Shown here one piece after another: positions 9,421 to 18,554 of a DNA stretch of 64,000 nucleotides (position 1 is the first letter of the stretch; every line of letters starts with the position of its first letter). The DNA comes from Acidobacteriota bacterium (GTDB taxonomy: Bacteria > Acidobacteriota > CAIWXX01), in the NCBI GenBank assembly GCA_040755995.1, contig JBFMAF010000055.1, positions 1-64,000 on the forward strand. The letters run 5' to 3'. The notes under the pieces were generated by a model. It saw only the letters and a program-made list of their open reading frames with translations, made no database searches and was not told the DNA's origin. Made by a program: the position numbers and the translations under genes.

Positions 9421-10644
9421 TCAGACCGCCGGTGCCAGCAGCCGTGCCCTCTGCTCAATCTCCTGCGCATGGGCCAGGGCGAAATCGAGGAGGCCGCACA
9501 CGCCGTCGACCTGGCTATCGTTGATCGCCGAGCCGGTCGGAAGGGTGATGACGCGCTGAGCCACCTGGTCGGTCACAGCCAGGTCTTCCCGGGCATCCCG
9601 GCGCTCACCGGCGTACGGCATGGACCGGTGGCATCCGGGATAGAAATAGCGCCGGGCCAGCACGTTCTCCGCTCGTAGAACCTGGACCAGCCGATCCCGA
9701 CCGATCCCGGCCAAGTCGGCATCGACCTCGGCGACCACATACTGGTAGTTGCATCTCTCAGATGGGTCGTACTGGAGCAGCGTGAGGCCCGGCGGTCCTC
9801 CGAGCCGCAGCCGGTATCGCTCGTAGCATCGGCGGTGCTCCTCGATGAAGTACTCGATGCTTTCGAGATTCGTCAGCCCCAGCGCCGCCGCGAGCTCGCT
9901 CATCTTCGCATTTGTGCCCAGGGCTGTCACGCGGTCGACGCCGGTGAAGCCGGAGTTGCGCATCAACCGTGCGCGCTCGGCGATCTCATCGCTGTCCGTG
10001 ACGATGGCTCCGCCCTCGCCCGTGTTCAGCACTTTCGTGGCATGGAAGGAGAAGACCTCGGCGTCGCCGAAGCAGCCGATCATACGGCCGCGATGCGAAC
10101 ACCCGAACGCGTGGGCGGCGTCGAAAATGAGGCGCAATCCGCGTGCCCTCGCGATTTCCTCCATCTCCTCAATCTCGCACGGCCTTCCCCACAGGTGCAC
10201 GCCGATTATGCCGGATGTAACGGGGGCGATGAGATCTGCGATTTTCGCGGGATCGATCGTATGTGTCCGCCGCCCGATGTCGCAGAAGACGGTGTCGAGG
10301 CCCATCCACCGAACGGCGTGGGCAGTGGCGATGAAACTGAAGGCGGGCACGATGACCTCGCCGCTCATCCCAGTGGCCCTCAGGGCGATCTCGATGCCCG
10401 CCGTTCCATTGCAGACTGCGACGCAATGGCGAACTCCGAGGTATTCTGCAACCCGGCGCTCGAACTCCACCACGAGAGGCCCGTCATTAGTCAGCCAGTT
10501 CCGATCGAAGATACCCTCGATCCGTTCGACGAGGCGCGTCCTGCTCCCGAGGTTCGGGCCGCCGACGTGAAGAGGTTCCTGAAACAGCGGAGGCCCGCCG
10601 AAGACGGCAAGCTCCCCGACGGCGCGTTTATGCACGCCGGGCAA
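9421..10644 (-). CDS. DegT/DnrJ/EryC1/StrS PLP-dependent sugar aminotransferase (VioA/DesI-like)
   Basis: CNGT, DAAHAFG, SFHATK (PLP lysine), EGGAI, NAKMSE, RRYFYP; start may be GTG 10635. Confidence 0.95.
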   Translation of the reverse strand: MPGVHKRAVGELAVFGGPPLFQEPLHVGGPNLGSRTRLVERIEGIFDRNWLTNDGPLVVEFERRVAEYLGVRHCVAVCNGTAGIEIALRATGMSGEVIVPAFSFIATAHAVRWMGLDTVFCDIGRRTHTIDPAKIADLIAPVTSGIIGVHLWGRPCEIEEMEEIARARGLRLIFDAAHAFGCSHRGRMIGCFGDAEVFSFHATKVLNTGEGGAIVTDSDEIAERARLMRNSGFTGVDRVTALGTNAKMSELAAALGLTNLESIEYFIEEHRRCYERYRLRLGGPPGLTLLQYDPSERCNYQYVVAEVDADLAGIGRDRLVQVLRAENVLARRYFYPGCHRSMPYAGERRDAREDLAVTDQVAQRVITLPTGSAINDSQVDGVCGLLDFALAHAQEIEQRARLLAPAV

Positions 10645-10722
10645 CCCGGGGCACGGCGAGTGAATCGGAGCCGACCATCGAAGGTATAATACAACACCCT
10701 GTATTGGGGGTCACACGCGAGT

Positions 10723-11682
10723 ATGGCATCTGAAGAGCCGAAGGTCAGCGTCGTCCTGACGACCTACAACCACGAACGGTATATCGCTGCGGCGATCGAG
10801 AGCGTGTTGTGCCAGGAGACGCCCTTTCGGTTCGAGCTGCTTGTGGCGGATGACGGGTCGACCGACGGCACGGCGCAGGTAGTTCGGGCATTTCATGCCT
10901 CGCACCCGGACGTCGTTCGGCCGCTCCTAAGCCCGTGCAATATCGGCATGATGCGAAACTTCTGTAACGCCTATCGAATGTGCCTGGGCGGCTACGTCGC
11001 GTTGTTGGAGGGCGATGATTTCTGGACTTCGACCAAGAAGCTCCAGCGGCTCTCCGACGCACTCGACCAGCACCCGGAGTGGAGCGGCTGCTTCCATTCC
11101 GCGCGTGTTGTCCGCGCGGAAGACACTGCTTCGCCTCATGACTATCCGCGCACTAAGCCGGCTGCGCCGATCAGTATGCCCGACGTCATCAAGCAGAATC
11201 CGGCATGCACCTGTTCCTTGATGTTCAGGCGCGACGTCCTGGCAGACCTCCCGCCATGGCTAGAGGGACTGGCCGTGGGAGACTGGCCCATCATGTTGTT
11301 GCTTGCATCCAGAGGGCCCCTCGGCTTCGTCGATGAGAACATGGCGGTGTATCGGATTCATGCCGGCAGCGGATGGGCGCAGCAAGACATCTGGTTCCGG
11401 ACCTTGTGGACGCTCGAAATGATGAGTTGCGTCGACGAGCATCTCGGATACCGGTTTCATCGGGAGTTCCAACAGAGCATGTGCAGGTTGGCCTGGTCCG
11501 CTGCGCTCCGTGGGCCGGCCGGCTCGGCCCGGCGGGCGGCTCGCCCGGCCATCGCGCAGCTGCTTTCTGCCGCGGATGGGGGCCTCCGTTCGCGCCCGTC
11601 TCACGGTCTCCTGGTGGCAGCCCTGCATGCGCCGCGGCCTCTGACCCTCCTTGTCTCTCGTCTATGGCGCACCGTCGCCTGA
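10723..11682 (+). CDS. GT2 family glycosyltransferase
   Basis: VSVVLTTYNHE, DDGSTDGT, LEGDDFW, GDW, MAVYRIH. Confidence 0.95.
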   Translation: MASEEPKVSVVLTTYNHERYIAAAIESVLCQETPFRFELLVADDGSTDGTAQVVRAFHASHPDVVRPLLSPCNIGMMRNFCNAYRMCLGGYVALLEGDDFWTSTKKLQRLSDALDQHPEWSGCFHSARVVRAEDTASPHDYPRTKPAAPISMPDVIKQNPACTCSLMFRRDVLADLPPWLEGLAVGDWPIMLLLASRGPLGFVDENMAVYRIHAGSGWAQQDIWFRTLWTLEMMSCVDEHLGYRFHREFQQSMCRLAWSAALRGPAGSARRAARPAIAQLLSAADGGLRSRPSHGLLVAALHAPRPLTLLVSRLWRTVA

Positions 11683-12570
11683 TTCCCACCGGAAATCCTC
11701 GAGCTTCACATACTCGTGGGGTATGCCGTGCAGCAGTGTGTCATCGACATGGTCCATGGCGCGGCGGAAGTTCTCCATGCCGTACGTGTAGAGGTCATCC
11801 TGATAGCCCGTCTTGAGCTCGTCGGCGTGGAACAAGACGACCATGAAGCCGAGCCTCTGCAATTCGGGCAGTGCCTCTGCGAGTGCCGGGCGCAGGATCT
11901 CCGGGCGAATCACCGGGTTGATTGCGCGCAGTCTGGGTACGCTATCGTACGAGGTGCGCATCGGCACTGTTGTGATCGGAACCTCGAGGAACGAATGGGC
12001 AGGATCACCGGAAGCCTGGTAGTCATTGACGCTCGGGCGGTACGGCCGGTTCGACGCCCGGCTCCAGTCGTAATGCCGATGCCTGTCCTGCCGGCGGCAG
12101 CCTGCCAGGGCGCTCGAATCGAACCGGAATCCCATGTCTTCGATACACCGCATCACCTCGTTGCCGGACTGTAACGCACCGATCCGCACAGAGGTGAAAT
12201 GACGGAGGAGTGCCGAGGTGCGTGCGAACACATCCAACAACTCCTCGACGATCTCTGTCTCTTCCCGAATCAGGTCGGACCCACCCTCGGTGCATCGGAA
12301 GCAGTGGGGATGCCATCCAAACTGAACATCGGGCCTGCGGCTTGATTCGTAGGCGCGAAGCGCCAGCTCGTGAACGAAGTAGTCGTCGTAGAACCGCGTC
12401 ACCTGCCGATCGATCCGCACGAATACGGTGAGTGGAGTACCGTTGTCGGCGAAGTAGTTGTAAGCTTCGCCCAGCTCTGAACGGTAGTCGAACGCCGGGC
12501 TGTCGATCTCGAATCGCGCATTGTTCTGATTCTCCGCGTCGAGATCGCACGTCACGATGACTTGGAACAT
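11662..12570 (-). CDS. Polysaccharide deacetylase-like (NodB/WalW-type) protein
   Basis: TCDLD, LTVFV, GWHPH, GFRFDSS, LEVPIT, FHADE motifs. Confidence 0.75.
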   Translation of the reverse strand: MFQVIVTCDLDAENQNNARFEIDSPAFDYRSELGEAYNYFADNGTPLTVFVRIDRQVTRFYDDYFVHELALRAYESSRRPDVQFGWHPHCFRCTEGGSDLIREETEIVEELLDVFARTSALLRHFTSVRIGALQSGNEVMRCIEDMGFRFDSSALAGCRRQDRHRHYDWSRASNRPYRPSVNDYQASGDPAHSFLEVPITTVPMRTSYDSVPRLRAINPVIRPEILRPALAEALPELQRLGFMVVLFHADELKTGYQDDLYTYGMENFRRAMDHVDDTLLHGIPHEYVKLEDFRWESGDGAP

Positions 12571-13703
12571 ATGTGCTCGACGCGCCTCAGCGTTTCGTCC
12601 ACCGCAGCGGCGTCCTCTCCCAGGATGATCAGGTATGCATCACGTACGTTGTCCGGATTGCTGACGAACTCCTGAGCGGAGTGGCGGGTCAAGTCGAGCA
12701 CCCCGGGCAGCGCACGAATCGCGTCGATCGACGCCTCCGGCAGTTCCCCGCGCCGGTAGAATTTCAGCAGGGCGCTCCGCTGCGGCATCGGCGGCTCACG
12801 AGCCTCGACTGCGCCCCCGAGGAGGTTCTTATAGAGGATCTCATAGAAAGGGAGCCTGGAGACCCACGGAGCGATGTCCGAGGAGATGCGGAACCCACCG
12901 CCGCGGCACGCGATCTCGTTCAGCCAGAATCCGTCTTCGCCGATGATGTACTCGGCATGGGTGATGCCGAACTGTAGTCCGGAGATGTCAACGAAAGAAT
13001 CATTGCAGTTGGTGAGCGCCTGCGGCAGCGGCTGAGGCCAGGTGAGGCATGATGTCAGGGCCGGCGCCCAGTATGTGCCCTTGCGCGACGCCGTGATGGT
13101 CGCGTGATAACCTCGCGAGCAGGTACCCTCCACGGTCACCTGCATCACGCCGGGGTTGTAAGCCTGTGCTACCAACCGCCCGGCCCGGGAAAATCCGAGG
13201 GCCTTGGGGAAGAGGTGGGCGAGCTCTCGATCGTCGCCGGCACGGTATACGCCGCGGCTGTTGGTGCCGTCGACCGGCTTGATGACGACCGGATAGCCGG
13301 TCTGGCGGGCGAACTCAGCCGCCTCGTTCGGTGTGACCACCTCCCGGAACGGCAGCACCGGGATTCCAAGCGACTGTGCGTAAGCGTACATTGCCGCCTT
13401 GTTCGTGAAGAGCTCCACCACATCTGGCCTGTTCCCCGGCAAGCCAAGCCGCTCGGAGAGAATCGCCACGGGCATCGATGCCACGTCCGACTGGTCTGAT
13501 ACGATGAACAGCGGATCGAGCTCCCGGACGGCCCGGTAGACGGTTTCTATGTCCAGTATGTCAGCCTCGACGTGCCGTGCCAGAGAAGTCGTCTCGGTCG
13601 GTCTCGGATTCACCACGTACACCGTGTGCTTCTTGGCCTGAAGGAAGCGCACGAGGTGCCTCTGATAGGGCCCGCCTCCGAGCACGACCACATTGTCACT
13701 CAT
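12552..13703 (-). CDS. ATP-grasp domain protein (amide ligase-like)
   Basis: VLGGGPYQ, NKAAM, GYPVVIKPVDGTNSRGV, THAEY, NEIACRGGG. Confidence 0.9.
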   Translation of the reverse strand: MSDNVVVLGGGPYQRHLVRFLQAKKHTVYVVNPRPTETTSLARHVEADILDIETVYRAVRELDPLFIVSDQSDVASMPVAILSERLGLPGNRPDVVELFTNKAAMYAYAQSLGIPVLPFREVVTPNEAAEFARQTGYPVVIKPVDGTNSRGVYRAGDDRELAHLFPKALGFSRAGRLVAQAYNPGVMQVTVEGTCSRGYHATITASRKGTYWAPALTSCLTWPQPLPQALTNCNDSFVDISGLQFGITHAEYIIGEDGFWLNEIACRGGGFRISSDIAPWVSRLPFYEILYKNLLGGAVEAREPPMPQRSALLKFYRRGELPEASIDAIRALPGVLDLTRHSAQEFVSNPDNVRDAYLIILGEDAAAVDETLRRVEHICSKSS

Positions 13704-13893
13704 TCGATCCGAGCCCAATCCTTCTGCCGCCGCGGCAGCTTGGTTCCCGTCGCCTGCGGGCCATCGATTGACATGGAAGCGACGTCAGGAGCAATGATGG
13801 TGCAAAGAGCTGCTTCAAGAGGTCCAGCTTCCGAAGCACCGCGTGCGCGACAACAGGCCCGCTCTCCGCAGCGACCGGGTCTGCCTCAGACAT
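13696..13893 (-). pseudogene. Truncated DUF3368/PIN-like toxin remnant
   Basis: Coupled to the upstream UPF0175 gene; N-terminus VAAESGPVVAHAVLRKLDLLKQLF resembles the DUF3368 start, then similarity is lost; only 65 aa. Confidence 0.55.
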
Positions 13894-14137
13894 GCTCGAA
13901 CTCGCGCTTCATCTCCTCCTGGTCGAGATCGGCTACCGGAATGCCCATTCGTCCCGCCGTCGGAATGAAATCGACGCGCCCCGTCTCACAAAGCTGGGCC
14001 GTCTTGCCCGAGGATAGTCGTCCGAGCTCGAAGAGCTTGAGAGCCAGGAGGAACCTGGCCTCCGGGACAAACTCCTCGCGAGACTGGCCGGTCGCCAGGA
14101 GCACGTCCTCGGGAATCTCGATCGTCAGCCGGCGCGT
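13886..14137 (-). CDS. UPF0175 family antitoxin-like protein (ACG at the expected start)
   Basis: LALKLFELGRLSSGKTAQLCETGRVDF is the UPF0175 pattern; AGGAGGAGG SD lies 6 nt before ACG 14137. Confidence 0.75.
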   Translation of the reverse strand, partial: TRRLTIEIPEDVLLATGQSREEFVPEARFLLALKLFELGRLSSGKTAQLCETGRVDFIPTAGRMGIPVADLDQEEMKREFEHV

Positions 14138-14424
14138 CTCGAACCTCCTCCTCGCGGATTCACCGAGAGCGCGAAGGGATGGGAGTGCAAACTCTCTACC
14201 CGATGTCACATCCGGCTTCACCTCTCTCGCTATTCTAGCACACCGTGAGATCGTTCCAGCCTTCGCGAACGATCTGGTCTACTCGTCGAGGTGACTGCGC
14301 CGCTGAAGTCTGCACATCTCAGTGCCTCCAAGAGACCCTGTGCGCTTGGTAGTGCGCGCGAACCCACAGTTGACTACCTGGCCATGGCATGGGATAAGAA
14401 TGGCGTCACGGAGGGAGTCCTAGG

Positions 14425-14922
14425 ATGGACGACACATGGAAAGCGATCGTCTGGCGGCAATTCGGGGCTGCCATCGACATGCTCGAGAATGCGATGCACG
14501 CTTGTCCCGATGACCTGTGGAGCGATCGAGCGCAGCGACCGGAGTTCTGGTACGTCGTCTTTCACACCCTCTTCTTCCTCGATCTCTACCTGTCCGACAC
14601 CTCCGAGGGGTTCACTCCACCGGCCCCGTTCACACTCGACGAGATGGACCCGGCGGGGGTGGTTCCAGAGCGGCCGTACACGAAGGCGGAGCTCCAAGCC
14701 TATCTCGATCATGGACGCGCGAAGTGCCGAAGGAGGATACAAACCATGACGGACGAAAAGGCGCGTGAACGCTGCGGATTCGAATGGCTCGACCTCAGCA
14801 TCTCGGAGGTTTTCTTGTATAACATCCGCCACGTCCAGCACCACGCAGCCCAGCTGATCCTCATCCTCCGGCAGAAGACCGACTCGGCTCCACGCTGGGT
14901 CGCCAGGACGAAGGACGCCTGA
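14425..14922 (+). CDS. DinB family protein
   Basis: QFGAAIDML..CPDDLW, FWY..FHTLFFLDLYLS, YNIRHVQHHAAQL. Confidence 0.9.
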   Translation: MDDTWKAIVWRQFGAAIDMLENAMHACPDDLWSDRAQRPEFWYVVFHTLFFLDLYLSDTSEGFTPPAPFTLDEMDPAGVVPERPYTKAELQAYLDHGRAKCRRRIQTMTDEKARERCGFEWLDLSISEVFLYNIRHVQHHAAQLILILRQKTDSAPRWVARTKDA

Positions 14923-14926
14923 GACC

Positions 14927-15292
14927 ATGCTGATCCCGATTGCCGCCCTCTACGTGGCGCTCTCGGTGGTGCTTGTCGTCCTGGCCGTCGCCAGGAAGAG
15001 CAAAGTGATGCTGGCGATTCTCGACGGCCTGTGGTGGCTACTGGCGTTTGTGTCGGCGTTCTTTGTCGGCTGGGCCTGGATAGAGAGATCGTACTCTGAA
15101 AACTGGGCAATGCTGGGCTTCATCTTCTTCTCGTTGCCGATCATCGTAACCACAGCGGTCATGGCGGTTGTGGTAATCGTGGCCGCAAAGACCAGGAAGA
15201 TCGAGGGGATAAGGACCATCAGCATTTCGCTCTATCTTCTGCTGCTCTTTCTTGCAGTACAGGCTGTGGTAGGCTTCTTGGCCGGCCGGTAG
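14927..15292 (+). CDS. Small integral membrane protein (about 4 TM)
   Basis: Four hydrophobic segments; starts 4 nt after the dinB-like gene. Confidence 0.7.
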   Translation: MLIPIAALYVALSVVLVVLAVARKSKVMLAILDGLWWLLAFVSAFFVGWAWIERSYSENWAMLGFIFFSLPIIVTTAVMAVVVIVAAKTRKIEGIRTISISLYLLLLFLAVQAVVGFLAGR

Positions 15293-15479
15293 ACGTTGAA
15301 CAGAGGAGGATGCCCATGGACACCCCACGCTCGCTGCGAACCACGAACTTGCGCCGTCTCGGAAGCGTCTGTATCATTACAGACATGAGCCCAGTTCGGC
15401 GATCGTCGCACCGCCATCATCCAGCGTGGTTGAGGCGCTCATGGTTGGCGCACAACAGCTCGGGTGAAGGAGGCAGGTA

Positions 15480-15923
15480 ATGACGCAGGACGAAGAACAT
15501 CTGCGGTTGCTTTCAATATTCCATTACGTGGTTGGCGGGCTTGCGGGCCTGTTTGCTCTCTTGCCGATCTTCCACCTGGTCTTCGGCCTCTTCTTTATCC
15601 TCGCCCCGGAGAAGTTCGCCGGCAGAGGACAGCCCCCCATGGCGTTGTTCGGCTGGTTTTTCGTGATCATAGCTGCCGTGTTCATCACGATCGGCTGGGC
15701 CTTCGCAGGCGCTGTCCTCGCAGCAGGACGTTTCCTGGCGCGGCGAAGGCACTACATGTTCTGCCTCGTCATGGGCGGAATCGAGTGTATCTTCATGCCG
15801 TTTGGCACAGTGCTCGGGGTGTTTACCATCCTTGTCCTCGTACGGGAGCCCGTGAAACAGCTGTTCGCCCCCGACACTACACAACAGCCACCTGCCGTTC
15901 GCCCTGCGGCTGCCGGGGAGTGA
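15480..15923 (+). CDS. Hypothetical membrane protein
   Basis: AAGGAGG SD; HLRLLSIFHYV...CIFMPFGTVLGVFTILVL.REPVKQLF. Confidence 0.8.
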   Translation: MTQDEEHLRLLSIFHYVVGGLAGLFALLPIFHLVFGLFFILAPEKFAGRGQPPMALFGWFFVIIAAVFITIGWAFAGAVLAAGRFLARRRHYMFCLVMGGIECIFMPFGTVLGVFTILVLVREPVKQLFAPDTTQQPPAVRPAAAGE

Positions 15924-16264
15924 GCGCCGAGTCGGCCCACCTGCCGGCGATCGGGCCAGGCCCGCATGATTGGCCACCCTGTTCCCCGGCCGCAAGCCGC
16001 TGTTTCAACCCCAGCCCCGGCGCATCGGGAAGAACCAGGCGGCCTCTTTCGACGAGGACTCCGATGTACGGTTCGTTCGAGACGAGCAGGTTGCCGTCGA
16101 GGTCCGCATAGTCGACGAGTGGCGAGAGGTGAGCGATACGCGGGAGCCGCCGAGCAGACGGCGCCAGAGAGCAGGTACACGGCCAGCAGGATCGCCAGAG
16201 GGCGAGGCTGCAGGGCTCCACGAAGCGGCGTTCCGCCGCATCTACACGTGACTCTCTGATCCAT
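15877..16264 (-). pseudogene. Chimeric remnant: signal-peptide N-terminus joined out of frame to the C-terminus of a dipeptide (L-Ala-D/L-Glu) epimerase
   Basis: MDQRV...LAILLAVYLLSGAVCSA in one frame; AHLSPLVDYADLDGNLLVSNEPY.GV...LPDAPGLG (enolase-superfamily epimerase tail) in another. Confidence 0.7.
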
Positions 16265-16286
16265 GGCTTCAGCTCCCACGTCGATC

Positions 16287-16545
16287 TCACAGAACACGGC
16301 CGTAGCTACTCGATGCGCCGACGATCGAGAAGTACCTGAACGCGGCCTCGGCAACCCTCATGACGCCGTCCAGCTCGTCGTCGATCCGCGCGACAGCTGC
16401 CGCGAGCTTCTGCCAGAGCATCCCCTGCTTCAGCGACGCGGCAGCAGCTTCGCTGGATGCAGTCCCCCACCACCTCGCTGACGCCCGGGCTCGCGTGGAC
16501 GCATGACAACCCCAGCAGAACGACTCCACAAAGCAGATCTCTCAT
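16287..16545 (-). pseudogene. Internally deleted, frameshifted class A beta-lactamase-like serine hydrolase remnant
   Basis: GGAGGTG SD and signal peptide; frameshift near a G5 run (16464-16468); KQGMLWQKL..VARIDDELDGVM is directly joined to a C-terminal-like AAFRYFSIVGASSSYGRVL. Confidence 0.55.
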
Positions 16546-16713
16546 GATGTTGCACCTCCCTCGGAATGGAGCGTTCGATCGATCCCGTGAATTGTAGGCC
16601 GCCTCCGTCGCCCGATCAAATGAGGTAGATGGGCGAGGCGATAGCGGCGGGTTCCCCGAGCGCAATCGAGCCGATTCGGATCGGAGACCGCCGTCGATGA
16701 ATGGTCGATTAGC

Positions 16714-16912
16714 TGTCCGCCATTCGGACATCAGGGACTTCGGTCTCTGCGCCCCAGGTCATCCCTTTGGTATCCAGCAGTTAGGGTCTCTCATGCAGTG
16801 CACGAGGCGCGGTACCTGTCCGAAGACCGGACGGCCTGACGTCGGGCGGCATCGACGAACCGGCTGATGTACATGGCCGACGGCATCGCCTCCTGCTGGC
16901 ACGGACCGTGCA
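16714..16912 (+). promoter_or_regulatory. Sigma54-type promoter with two enhancer-like palindromes and an IHF-like site
   Basis: TGGCAC-GGACCGT-GC at 16897-16911 (GG-N10-GC); TGTCCG-N5-CGGACA at 16714-16730; TGTCCG-N5-CGGACG at 16817-16833; TATCCAGCAGTTA at 16771-16783. Confidence 0.6.
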
Positions 16913-17073
16913 AGTCCCGGGTACGGGTTCAGGGACACATGATGGACTTGGAGGCGGGCACAGGGTGCACGATCTGAGAGGGTACTGCTGATGGAGTGCA
17001 GGCCGGTTGTGTGCAGGATCTACCGATCGTTGCTCTGCCTGGAGCTACGCCTCTGGGAGGGGAGGAGATTAAC

Positions 17074-18342
17074 ATGACAAGCGTACTGGCACCGTCGTTA
17101 CTTGATCAGGGGGACGCTCATTCGCCTGAGGAAGATCCGGCCGAGTGCACTCGACCGCCCACCTCGATGGCGGACGAGCTGGACAATCGGCCTCTGGCCT
17201 TTTCGAATGGCATCGGATGGATCGAGGAACGCCGGCGGACAGATTCTCTGTTTCGGCTGCTCGATCACCAAGAGGCTGCCGTGCGCCACGCGAGCGTCAC
17301 AGCACTCGTCTCGCTCAACCCTCCGGATCTGACGGAACGGGCGCGCCTGATGATGCACGATCCAAACCCGCGTGTGCGCGAGTCGGCGGCCGGGATTGCA
17401 GGACACTTGGGGTATTCCGATTGCAGCCGCCGGCTTCTGGAACTCTGCAATGACCCGAGCGAATCTGTGCGATGCGCGGCAGTGGAAGGGCTCGCCGGAG
17501 CCTCGGAGCCGCAAGCACGCCACATGCTGATCCATGCCTTGAGGTGCGATACGCCGCAGGCGCGCGAGGCTGCGGCTCGAGCGCTCGGAAAGGCCGATCC
17601 GGCCACTGCCATCGAACCTCTTATCGAGGCTCTTGATGATCCCGAGCCTTGGGTTCGATACCATGCCGCCCGGTCCCTGGGCAACCACGCGGCGCCGGCT
17701 GCAATCGAGCGTCTGGCACTGGCTGTGCAATCCGACCCTGCCAAGCCCGTTCGTGCGGCCGCCATCGAAGCCGTAGGCCAGATCGGCGGCGACCGTGCAG
17801 CCCACATCCTTGCCCCGCTGGTGCGGTCGGACGATGCCGAGCTCGCACGCGCCGCTCTGCATGCACTCGCGAGACTCGACCACCCCGACGCACTGCCGTC
17901 GATCCAGTGGGCCCTCCACGCTTCCGACCCGGAGATTCGCGCGAATGCTGCGCAGGCGCTGGCCGATCGAGGAGGTCCCGGGGTGGCCGAGGCGCTTGAG
18001 TGGATGGCCGCCACCGATACCGATCCCTGGGCGGTCCTGTCCACGATCAATGCACTGGGGACGATGAAAACCCCCGCCGCCATCGCAGCGCTCATCTCAT
18101 TGAGCGCCGAGCCGGCCCATCGCGAAGCTTGCGTGCAGGCGCTGGACGTGGTGGGAGAGGAGCAGATCGAGGAAGTGGCCAAAGGGCTGCTGCAGCACGA
18201 GGGCGAAGTCCAACGGGCTGCGCGGGAAGCGCTCGGCAGAATCACGCACCCGAAGGCATCAGCCTTGATCGCCGATGCCGCGGGCAGGAATGACGCCAGA
18301 CCGCCGGCCGCAGAAGTGGACGTCGTGGGAAGGGGTGCCTGA
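17074..18342 (+). CDS. HEAT-repeat (PBS lyase-like) protein
   Basis: Repeats DPNPRVRESAA, DPEPWVRYHAARSLG, DPEIRANAAQALA; GAGGAG SD before ATG 17074. Confidence 0.9.
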   Translation: MTSVLAPSLLDQGDAHSPEEDPAECTRPPTSMADELDNRPLAFSNGIGWIEERRRTDSLFRLLDHQEAAVRHASVTALVSLNPPDLTERARLMMHDPNPRVRESAAGIAGHLGYSDCSRRLLELCNDPSESVRCAAVEGLAGASEPQARHMLIHALRCDTPQAREAAARALGKADPATAIEPLIEALDDPEPWVRYHAARSLGNHAAPAAIERLALAVQSDPAKPVRAAAIEAVGQIGGDRAAHILAPLVRSDDAELARAALHALARLDHPDALPSIQWALHASDPEIRANAAQALADRGGPGVAEALEWMAATDTDPWAVLSTINALGTMKTPAAIAALISLSAEPAHREACVQALDVVGEEQIEEVAKGLLQHEGEVQRAAREALGRITHPKASALIADAAGRNDARPPAAEVDVVGRGA

Positions 18343-18554
18343 GCGAACGACTCGACCCGGCCAACTCCGGCCACGGCCGAAAAGCGTCGCACCCCTGCCC
18401 TCGATGCGACCGAGGAAGCCGCGCCACATGTGGCGGCGCAGAAGGTAGCAGGACATTCGCGCCACATCGCTCCTTTGCCCTCCCTCCCACCCATGCCCGT
18501 GTTGAATCGGAGCGCCACACTCAGGATAATGTTGCTCTGAGTACGGGTCGGGTC

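Noticed and set aside
15310..15483. 57-codon ORF with AGGAGG SD coupled to the next gene
   Set aside because: No recognisable protein features; may be a remnant but cannot be supported.
17265..18518. 417-aa Ala/Ser-rich ORF on the minus strand
   Set aside because: Shadow of the HEAT-repeat gene.
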